From an uncultured Lachnospiraceae bacterium (GTDB lineage: Bacteria > Bacillota > Clostridia > Lachnospirales > Lachnospiraceae), in contig CAMODT010000138.1 in the NCBI GenBank assembly GCA_946611535.1, positions 2,866-66,865 on the forward strand: a stretch of 64,000 nt of DNA. The letters are read 5' to 3'. The notes beneath the pieces are model-generated. The model was given only the letters and a program-made list of their open reading frames with translations, ran no database searches and was not told where the DNA came from. Shown piece after piece: positions 56,363 to 64,000 of the stretch. Every line of letters begins with the position of its first letter. Within the stretch, counting starts at the first letter, position 1. The position numbers were made by a program, and so were the translations under genes.

Positions 56363-57778
56363 TTATTCTTTTCCGTCCCAGCAGTAAGTGCACAGCTTGT
56401 CCCTGTCGATCCCGACCGCATCGATGAGATCGTCCAGGCGGTTGAAGCGCAGCGACGTAAAATTCATCTGCTCGCGCATCCGCTCCAGCATCCGCTCGTA
56501 GCGGTCCGAATCCGGATTGGCGTAATCGTCGAGGATCGTGCGGTCCACCGGGCCGCCTTCCAGCTCCTGGATCACGCGCCGGCCGATGAGCTCCATGTCA
56601 GAGGTCGACCGGGAGAACCCGATGTACTTGCAGCCGAAGAGGATCGGCGGGCAGGCCGGGCGCACATGGACCTCCTTCGCGCCGCTCTGGTAGAGGAATT
56701 CCGTCGTCTCGCGCAGCTGCGTGCCGCGGACGATCGAGTCGTCGATGAGCAGCAGGCGGCGTCCGTCGATCAGCTCATGGACCGGGATCAGCTTCATCTT
56801 CGCGATCTGGTCGCGCTTCGACTGGATGGTCGGCATGAAGGATCTCGGCCAGGTCGGTGTGTACTTGATGAACGGCCGCGAGAACGGGACGCCGGACTCA
56901 TTGGCGTAGCCGATCGCGTGCGCGGTCCCGGAATCCGGAACGCCGGCGACATTGTCGATGTCATCCTGCGTCATCCGGTCACGCCGCGCGAGATGCTGCC
57001 CGCAGCGGCAGCGCATGGCCTCGACGGAGACTCCCTCGTAGGCGGACGTCGGGTAGCCGTAGTAGACCCAGAGGAAGGTGCAGATCCGCATTTTGCCGCC
57101 CGGATCCTTGATCACTCTGACCTCCTCCGGCGTCATGAGGCAGATCTCGCCGGGTCCGAGCTCCCGGTAATCCCGGTAGCCGATGTTGAGGTAGGCGAAG
57201 GATTCAAAGGAAGCGCAGAAGCCGGTATCCTTCTGCCCGATGACGAGCGGCGTCCTGCCCAGGCGGTCGCGCACACAGTAGACGCCGTCCTGGTTCAGCA
57301 GCAGGAAGGTGATCGAGCCTTCCACCACCTCCTGCGCGTAGCTGAGGCCGTCGATCAGGTTGTCCTTCTCGTTGATGAGGGCCGCCAGAAGCTCGGTCGA
57401 GTTGATCTCGCCGGTGCTCATCACCTGCAGATGGACGCCCCTGTTGTTCATCACCTTCTGCGCCAGCTCATCTTTATTATTGATCTTGCCGACCGAGGTG
57501 ATTGCGTAAATCCCGTGATGGGAGCGCACAAGGAGCGGCTGCGGCTCGTAATCCGAGATGCAGCCTATGCCCATGTTCCCGCGCATCTCATTCACTTCAG
57601 AACCGAATTTGGTCCGGAACGGGGTATTTTCAATGTTGTGGATCGCGCGCTCCATGCCGTCCTTCCCGAAAATGACCATCCCCGCTCTCCTCGTCCCGAG
57701 GTGCGAATGGTAATCTGTTCCGAAAAAGACGTCCGCCACGCAGTCTTCTTTGAGTGCCGCTGCAAAAAATCCGCCCAT
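56363..57778 (-). CDS. purF: Amidophosphoribosyltransferase-like protein lacking the N-terminal Cys
   Basis: RDRLGRTPL, GVPDSG, PRPP-binding LLIDDSIVRGT, Fe-S Cys residues; begins MGGFF instead of MCG. Confidence 0.85.
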   Translation of the reverse strand: MGGFFAAALKEDCVADVFFGTDYHSHLGTRRAGMVIFGKDGMERAIHNIENTPFRTKFGSEVNEMRGNMGIGCISDYEPQPLLVRSHHGIYAITSVGKINNKDELAQKVMNNRGVHLQVMSTGEINSTELLAALINEKDNLIDGLSYAQEVVEGSITFLLLNQDGVYCVRDRLGRTPLVIGQKDTGFCASFESFAYLNIGYRDYRELGPGEICLMTPEEVRVIKDPGGKMRICTFLWVYYGYPTSAYEGVSVEAMRCRCGQHLARRDRMTQDDIDNVAGVPDSGTAHAIGYANESGVPFSRPFIKYTPTWPRSFMPTIQSKRDQIAKMKLIPVHELIDGRRLLLIDDSIVRGTQLRETTEFLYQSGAKEVHVRPACPPILFGCKYIGFSRSTSDMELIGRRVIQELEGGPVDRTILDDYANPDSDRYERMLERMREQMNFTSLRFNRLDDLIDAVGIDRDKLCTYCWDGKE

Positions 57779-57811
57779 AAATGCTCCTTCTTTCTATGAT
57801 AAACAGCTGTG

Positions 57812-59686
57812 TCATTCAAAATGTAAGTTCTCAAGAGCCTCCTCGATCTTCTCAAGGCAGGCGTCGCTGTCGATGCCGAGCGCATTTCGAAGGATCGTGA
57901 CGTCCCCGTGCTCCACATACGCGTCCGGCAGCGTGATGTTCATCACCCGAAGCTTCGGACAGTGCTTTTCGGCGTAATCCGTGACCTGCTCGCCGAAGCC
58001 GCCGCGCGCGACATTTTCCTCCAGCGTGATGAGCAGCCTGTGACCCGCCGCGAGGTGCTCCACCATGTCAAAATCGACCGGCTTCACGAAGCGCCCGTTG
58101 ACCAGCGTGCAGGGGATGCCCCGCATTTTCAGCTTTGTCCGGAGGTGCTCCGCCGTGCTGACCATGCTGCCGACCGCGAGGAGCGCAACGCCGCTCTCCT
58201 CAAAGAGCATCTCGGCCTTCCCGTACTCGATCGGAGCGTCGAACTCCGTGAGCCCGTCGTAGGCGACGCCCCGCGGGTAGCGCACTGCCGCGGGCGCTTT
58301 CATGGAAAATGCAAACCGCAGCATCTTTCTCAGCTCATCCGCATTTTTCGGCGCCATGACGGTCATGTTCGGGATGGAGGAGAGGTAGGTCAGGTCAAAG
58401 ATCCCCTGGTGCGTCTCCCCGTCCGCGCCGACCAGGCCAGCACGGTCCACCGCGAAGACGACCGGCAGGTTCTGCAGGCACACGTCGATCAGGATCTGGT
58501 CGTAGGCCCGCTGCAGGAAGGACGAGTATACCGCCACCACCGGATGGAGGCCGCCCGCCGCCATACCCGCGGCCGACGTCACCGCGTGCTGCTCGGCGAT
58601 CCCGACATCGAAGAAACGGTCCGGATACTTCTTCGAAAAATCCTTGAGCCCTGTCCCGTCCGGCATCGCGGCCGTGACCGCGACCACGGTCGGATCCTCC
58701 GCGGCGATCTTAACGATCTCCTCCGAAAAGACCTTCGTGTAGCTGGGTCCCTTCGGGGTGCCGAGAGGCTTCCCGGTCGCGACGTCGAACTTCCCGATCC
58801 CGTGAAATGCTTCCGGGTTGGCCTCCGCTGGCGCGTAGCCCTTCCCCTTCTTCGTGATCACGTGGATGAGGACCGTCCGCTGAATCGTCTTGGCCTCCTC
58901 GAGGATCTTCGTGAGCTTTTTGATGTCATGTCCGTCGACCGGGCCCAGATAGGTGATGCCCATGTCCTCGAACAGCATTCCTCCCGGCACTACGATCTGC
59001 TTCAGGAAGCTCTTTGCCCGGATCAGGGCCCCGGCGACCGGCTTGCCGACGACCGGCATCGTCTCGAGCCTGTCCGACACGCTCCGCTTCAGGCGGTTGT
59101 AGCCTTCCGCCGCGCGGAGATCATTTAAGTAGGTGGACATGCCGCCAACGTTCGGCGCGATCGACATGGTGTTGTCATTTAAAATAATAATGAAATTCGT
59201 CTTGCGGTCGCCCGCATTGTTGAGCGCCTCGTAGGCCATACCGCCCGTGAGCGCGCCGTCGCCGATCACCGAGACGACCTTGTAGTCCTCCCCGGTGAGG
59301 TCTCTCGCCTGCACGAGGCCGAGGCCTGCCGAGATCGAGGTCGAGCTGTGGCCGGTGTCGAACACGTCGTAGGGACTCTCCTTGCGCTTCGGAAATCCGC
59401 TCATCCCGCCATACTGCCGGAGACCCTCGAAGGCATCCTTCCGGCCGCTCAGGATCTTGTGCGTGTAGGACTGGTGGCCGACGTCCCATATCACTTTATC
59501 TTTCGGAAAATCAAACGCCCGGAAGAGAGCGATCGTGAGCTCCACCGCGCCGAGGTTGGAGGCCAGGTGGCCGCCGCATTTGCTGATCTTCTCGACCAGA
59601 AAACGTCTGATCTCGCCGGCGAGCACGTTGAGCTCGTCCTCCGACATATTTTTTATATCTAAAGGCCCTTCTGTTCTGTCAAGCAC
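57812..59686 (-). CDS. dxs: 1-deoxy-D-xylulose-5-phosphate synthase
   Basis: GGHLASNLG, WDVGHQSY.HK, GHSSTSISA, GDGALTGGMAYEALN, DVGIAEQH, DRAG.VGADG.THQG. Confidence 0.96.
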   Translation of the reverse strand: MLDRTEGPLDIKNMSEDELNVLAGEIRRFLVEKISKCGGHLASNLGAVELTIALFRAFDFPKDKVIWDVGHQSYTHKILSGRKDAFEGLRQYGGMSGFPKRKESPYDVFDTGHSSTSISAGLGLVQARDLTGEDYKVVSVIGDGALTGGMAYEALNNAGDRKTNFIIILNDNTMSIAPNVGGMSTYLNDLRAAEGYNRLKRSVSDRLETMPVVGKPVAGALIRAKSFLKQIVVPGGMLFEDMGITYLGPVDGHDIKKLTKILEEAKTIQRTVLIHVITKKGKGYAPAEANPEAFHGIGKFDVATGKPLGTPKGPSYTKVFSEEIVKIAAEDPTVVAVTAAMPDGTGLKDFSKKYPDRFFDVGIAEQHAVTSAAGMAAGGLHPVVAVYSSFLQRAYDQILIDVCLQNLPVVFAVDRAGLVGADGETHQGIFDLTYLSSIPNMTVMAPKNADELRKMLRFAFSMKAPAAVRYPRGVAYDGLTEFDAPIEYGKAEMLFEESGVALLAVGSMVSTAEHLRTKLKMRGIPCTLVNGRFVKPVDFDMVEHLAAGHRLLITLEENVARGGFGEQVTDYAEKHCPKLRVMNITLPDAYVEHGDVTILRNALGIDSDACLEKIEEALENLHFE

Positions 59687-59869
59687 TTTACACCTCTGAA
59701 ATCATGTCCTGAATGGTTTTTACCCCACTTTTACATGTTAATTATACCGCAAGAAGGCATATTTATCTATTCGTGAAATGTCACTATAAAAATGGCCGGC
59801 CGCCGCCCTCCTGCGACGAAAACGACAAAAATGCAGTCCCGCTCCGGCAGAACTGCATTTTCCGAATTT

Positions 59870-60748
59870 TTAATAGGAAAGGACCTCCGCGCCGGTCTCG
59901 GTGACGAGCACCTCGATCTCCCACTGGGCGGAGGGTTTTCCGTCGCCGGTGTAGACCGTCCAGCCGTTGTCCGCATCCGTGAAGATGCGGTCCGTCCCCA
60001 TGTTGACCATGGGCTCGATCGTGAAGACCATGCCCGGCACCATCAGCATCTCGGTTCCCGGCTTGCTCACGTAGGAGACAAACGGGTCCTCATGAAACTG
60101 TTTGCCGCAGCCGTGGCCGCCGATCTGGCGGACGACCGTGTAGCCGTTATCGAGCGCGTGCTGGTGCACGGCGTGACCCATGTCGCCCATGAGCGTCCAG
60201 GGCTTTACGTGCGCGAGGCCGATCTCCATGCACTCCTTCGTGACCTCGACGAGACGTCTCTTCTCCGGGCTCACGTCCCCGATCATGAACATGCGGGACG
60301 AATCCGAAAAATACCCGTTGAGGATCGTCGAGCAGTCCACGTTGATGATATCCCCGTCCTTCAGGATAATGTCCTTCGAGGGGATCCCGTGGCAGACCTC
60401 GTCGTTGATGGAGGTGCATACGCTCTTCGGGTAGCCCTGGTAGCCGAGGTCGGCAGGAATGCCGCCCATCTTCTTCGTGGTCGCCGTGACGATGTCGTCG
60501 ATCTCCTGCGTGGACATGCCCGCGCGGATCTTGTCCCCGATCTCGTCGAGCACCGCGATGTTGATCACCGCGCTCTTTTTGATGCCCTCGATGTCCTTCT
60601 CGTTCTTGATGAGCTCATGGCCGGGCACAATGTGGCCCATGAGCTCAAAGCGACGGATCTTGTCGTCGAAGGCGAGGTGGCAGCTCTTGTATTTTCTTCC
60701 GCTTCCGCACCAGCAGGGTGCGTTCCGATCGTATCTCTTGATGATCAT
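59870..60748 (-). CDS. map: Type I methionine aminopeptidase with N-terminal SEC-C motif
   Basis: RNAPCWCGSGRKYK.CH; CTSINDEVCHGIP, D.SRMF, GHG.G..FHE.P, FTIEPM. Confidence 0.93.
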   Translation of the reverse strand: MIIKRYDRNAPCWCGSGRKYKSCHLAFDDKIRRFELMGHIVPGHELIKNEKDIEGIKKSAVINIAVLDEIGDKIRAGMSTQEIDDIVTATTKKMGGIPADLGYQGYPKSVCTSINDEVCHGIPSKDIILKDGDIINVDCSTILNGYFSDSSRMFMIGDVSPEKRRLVEVTKECMEIGLAHVKPWTLMGDMGHAVHQHALDNGYTVVRQIGGHGCGKQFHEDPFVSYVSKPGTEMLMVPGMVFTIEPMVNMGTDRIFTDADNGWTVYTGDGKPSAQWEIEVLVTETGAEVLSY

Positions 60749-60909
60749 TTGACAACTCCTGTCCTTTATGCCGGTTTTTAACCCGCTCTTCATTTTAATC
60801 GCCAAACCGTGAATCGTCAATCCAAATCGTTGGCGCTTATCAACTTTTCACTTGAAATATCCCCGGACTGTGTTAGAGTAAATTAAGGAAATACTGTTAA
60901 GGAAGGGAA

Positions 60910-62559
60910 ATGCCTATGACCACCAACGACCCGGTCTACATCACCGGCCACCAGCACCCGGATACCGATTCCATCGCATCGGCGATCGCCTATGCATTTT
61001 TCAAGCGCTCCATGGGCATCCGCGCGATCCCCTGCCGCCTCGGCCCGCTGAACGCGGAATCCGCCTGGCTCTTAAAGCGCTTCGGCTTCGAGGAACCGAT
61101 GCTCCTCACCGACGCGCGCGTGCGCCTCGCTGACATCGCTCTCGACCCGCCCACCTACATCAAACCGGACACGACCATCTTCGAGTCCTTAAGGCAGATG
61201 GAGGAGGTCGGCCACACCTACTGCGGGGTTGTCGACGACGAGATGCACCTCCTGGGTCTCCTGACCAAGGGCGATATCGCCCAGGTCGGCCTCGGTGACA
61301 CCCACTACAACATCGACATCCTCTCAAAGACCCCGCTCGACAACTTTGTGAAGACCCTGGACGGTACGCTCGTCTACCGCGATGATGAGATGCACCTGAA
61401 CGGCAAAGTCAGCCTGATCGCGATGACCGGGGCCTCCCAGCTCGACGCTTACCAGATCGAAGGCCGCATCGTCATCGTCGGCAACAATGCCGAGGCCCAG
61501 AAGCACGTGATTGAAAACGGCGCCGGCCTCCTCATCGTCGTCTGGGCGGACGAGATCGCCCCGGAGGTGATCGAGATCGCGAAGGCGCACCACTGCCCGA
61601 TCATTATCTCGGGCCACGGCGCGATGAACACCTCGCGCTACATCTATTTCGCGCCTTCGGCGGAGACCATCATGAAGACGAAGCTCGTCACCTTCACGGA
61701 CATCGAGCTCGCGGAGGACGTCGGAAAGAAAATGCTCCGCAGCCGCTACCACATCTACCCGGTCGTCGATACCGCGAAGAAGCTGGTCGGCTACGTCGCG
61801 CGCTACCACATCATGAACTGCAGCAACAAGCAGATCATCCTGGTGGACCACAACGAGTTCTCCCAGTCGGTCCGCGCGATCGAGAAAGCCCGCGTGCTGG
61901 AGGTCATCGACCATCACCGGATCAACGATTTCTCGACGACCCAGCCGGTCGCCTTCCGAAATGAGATCGTCGGCTCCTCCGCCACGATCGTCTCGACGAT
62001 CTTCCGCGAGAACCAGATCCCGATCCCGCAGAACCTGGCAGGCCTGCTCCTCGGGGCCCTGCTCTCCGACACGATGAATTTCCACTCGCCGACGACGACC
62101 CCGAAGGACATCCAGACTGCCAATATCCTCGCGGCCATGGCCGACCTCGACATCGATGAGTTCGCCCGCGACATGTTCGCGGTCACGGCGAACACGGACG
62201 GGAAGACCTACTCCGAGATGATCAACCAGGACATGAAGATCTACGACATCAAGGAGACCAAGCTCTCGATCTCGCAGGTGATCGTGACCTCCACAAAGGA
62301 GCTCGGGGAGGACTCCCGGGATATCCAGCAGGCGCTCGAGTCATTTGCCGTAAAGAAGCGTCTGGACCTCTCGGTTCTGGTCTTCACCAGCATTCTGGAA
62401 AATGGTTCCGTCGTCTACGCCGGCGGCAACCGCGCGGCCTGGATCCCGGAGGCATTCCCGAACCGGGCAAATGAGGAGCACTCCTTCCAGCAGGACCTCC
62501 TCTCCAGAAAGAAGCAGATCCTGCCGAAGATCACTGAGGTGATTGACCGGTATATGTGA
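60910..62559 (+). CDS. ppaC: Mn-dependent (family II) inorganic pyrophosphatase with CBS-DRTGG insert
   Basis: GH..PDTDS, CBS/DRTGG region, LVDHNE, IDHHR, GSSATI, LSDT. Confidence 0.92.
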   Translation: MPMTTNDPVYITGHQHPDTDSIASAIAYAFFKRSMGIRAIPCRLGPLNAESAWLLKRFGFEEPMLLTDARVRLADIALDPPTYIKPDTTIFESLRQMEEVGHTYCGVVDDEMHLLGLLTKGDIAQVGLGDTHYNIDILSKTPLDNFVKTLDGTLVYRDDEMHLNGKVSLIAMTGASQLDAYQIEGRIVIVGNNAEAQKHVIENGAGLLIVVWADEIAPEVIEIAKAHHCPIIISGHGAMNTSRYIYFAPSAETIMKTKLVTFTDIELAEDVGKKMLRSRYHIYPVVDTAKKLVGYVARYHIMNCSNKQIILVDHNEFSQSVRAIEKARVLEVIDHHRINDFSTTQPVAFRNEIVGSSATIVSTIFRENQIPIPQNLAGLLLGALLSDTMNFHSPTTTPKDIQTANILAAMADLDIDEFARDMFAVTANTDGKTYSEMINQDMKIYDIKETKLSISQVIVTSTKELGEDSRDIQQALESFAVKKRLDLSVLVFTSILENGSVVYAGGNRAAWIPEAFPNRANEEHSFQQDLLSRKKQILPKITEVIDRYM

Positions 62560-62568
62560 GAAACATCA

Positions 62569-62713
62569 GGGACGGTTCCCCCCGGCCGCCTTCGGCGGCC
62601 TCCCAGGAACCGTCCCCGGAAAAAGGGAAGGGGACGGTTCCCGGAGACGGTTCTCGAAAGCCGGGCTGCAAATGCAGCCCGGCTTTCAGGAACTGTCTCA
62701 AAGGAACCGTCCC
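62569..62713. repeat. Compound REP-like region: one element plus a nested ~83-bp hairpin
   Basis: 62569-62617 full element; 62631-62713 core IRs enclose GAGACGGTTC/GAACTGTCTC and GAAAGCCGGGCTGCA/TGCAGCCCGGCTTTC. Confidence 0.85.
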
Positions 62714-62728
62714 TTTGTTTTTCGACTT

Positions 62729-64000
62729 TCACCCGATCCTCTCCATCTTCGCCCTGCACGCGATCACCCGGTCGGTCGGCAGATTGTCGAACCGGATCAC
62801 ATACGCCCGCCGGTCCGCGTCCAGGGACTTCACCGTGCCCTCCCCGAACGCCGGGTGGCGGACCCTCGTCCCTGCCTCGAAAAATGACTCCTCCGGTACA
62901 TCCCCCATCCTGATCATCGTGAACGCGATGTACTGCTTCGCCTCGGCGAGCAGCCCCTCCGCAGGCTTTTTGTCCCAGTGAAGGATATCATCCCCGATAT
63001 CGAAGAGGAAGCGCGAGGGATAACGCTCCGAATTGTCGAAATTCCGACCTCCGGCTTCGCTTAAGTACAGGCGCTCCTTCGCGCGGGTCAGCGCGACAAA
63101 GGCCAGCCGCCTCTCCTCCTCCATGCCCTCCTTCGTCCGGGTCTTCCGGGACGGAAAGATCCCTTCGTTCATCCCGATGAGGAACACATACGGAAACTCC
63201 AGGCCCTTTGCGGTGTGGACCGTCATGAGCCGCACCCGGTCGGGTCCCTTCGTCTCCGCGTCCAGTCCGGAAAAGAGCGCGATATGCTTCAGGTAATGTT
63301 CCAGCGTCGTCTCCTCCCCGCAGCCGGTCTCGTACTCATAGACGCTCTGCTTGAACTCCGCGAGGTTGTCGAGACGCTCCTGGCTGCCTTCGGTCCGGAG
63401 CATTTTCTCGTAGCCGCTTGCATTTAAGATATCCGCGAGCACCTCCGAGATCTGCCGCCCTTCCTGCTCCGCCGCGAAGCGGTCGATCATGGAGACAAAT
63501 GCCGCCGCACCTGTCCCCCTGAAGATCGGATCCTCGAGATTGCTCCTGAGCGCCTCGTAGAGCGTCACTTCCCGGCTCTTCGCATACTCCTCAAGGAACT
63601 GCATGCGCCGCTTTCCGAGGTTGCGCTTCGGGACATTGGCGATGCGGCGGAAGGACAGATCGTCCCGGAAGGCGATCATCCGAAGGTACGCGACCGCATC
63701 CCGGATCTCCATCCGCCCGAAAAACGGCACGCCCGAATAGATCGCGTAGGGGACTTTCTCCCGGATCAGCGCGTCCTCGAGCGGCCTCGTGAGATAGTGC
63801 GCCCGGTAGAGCACCGTGATCTCCTTTAAGGGCACGCCGCTCTCCTTAAGCTCCCGGATCTTCGAGACAACGTGATCCGCCTCGTCCGCGGCTGTCTCCG
63901 CGTGGTGGGCCATCACCTGTTCCCCGCCGTTCCGCACGGGGAGCAGGTCTTTTTTCATGCGCTCTTTGTTCTTATCGATCAGCGCGTTTGCGGCCGCGAG
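62729..64000 (-). CDS. pcrA: UvrD/PcrA family helicase, 5' part outside the window
   Basis: VLYR, LMTVHTAKGLEF..VF, EEERRLAFVALTRA, C-terminal RVRHP.FGEGTV; frame is open to the window end. Confidence 0.9.
   Translation of the reverse strand, partial: LAAANALIDKNKERMKKDLLPVRNGGEQVMAHHAETAADEADHVVSKIRELKESGVPLKEITVLYRAHYLTRPLEDALIREKVPYAIYSGVPFFGRMEIRDAVAYLRMIAFRDDLSFRRIANVPKRNLGKRRMQFLEEYAKSREVTLYEALRSNLEDPIFRGTGAAAFVSMIDRFAAEQEGRQISEVLADILNASGYEKMLRTEGSQERLDNLAEFKQSVYEYETGCGEETTLEHYLKHIALFSGLDAETKGPDRVRLMTVHTAKGLEFPYVFLIGMNEGIFPSRKTRTKEGMEEERRLAFVALTRAKERLYLSEAGGRNFDNSERYPSRFLFDIGDDILHWDKKPAEGLLAEAKQYIAFTMIRMGDVPEESFFEAGTRVRHPAFGEGTVKSLDADRRAYVIRFDNLPTDRVIACRAKMERIG

Noticed and set aside
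59870-60748. SEC-C/methionine aminopeptidase fusion as a novelty
   Set aside because: This architecture is common in Clostridia.

Overview
High-GC Bacillota (Clostridia-like; Lachnospiraceae/Eubacteriales style, inferred from gene content and sigma70-type promoters/SD sites) chromosomal window. Mostly core or metabolic genes: a fructoside-type ABC/GH32/LacI locus, bioY-birA, aroF-pheA, rluA-family, maf, thrH, ylmH, rubrerythrin, corA, hypF, purF, dxs, map, Mn-pyrophosphatase and a partial UvrD/PcrA gene. Accessory zones: gene-fragment scars and an ECF/ABC cassette downstream of tRNA-Ala(GGC) (12.4-18.5 kb), a lower-GC SEC-C/AAA-ATPase patch (32.2-35.6 kb), and a ~7 kb surface-protein / HprK-like kinase / PqqD cassette (37.0-44.0 kb). 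Best leads: (1) that cassette is bracketed by a perfect 29-bp inverted repeat, each copy built as 10-bp arm / 7-bp asymmetric core / 10-bp arm, and is followed by an intact tyrosine recombinase, so it is a candidate invertible or recombinase-controlled module, and it carries two small paralogous ORFs beside the kinase and RRE-like genes; (2) a 28-aa leader peptide with 8 Phe codons plus antiterminator and terminator upstream of aroF-pheA, i.e. ribosome-mediated attenuation rather than a T-box; (3) a dispersed REP-like family (GGGACGGTTCC...GGAACCGTCCC) at 7 intergenic loci. Product calls come from recognised motifs only; no database search was run. Several starts were moved from the ORF track to the codon with an SD site.
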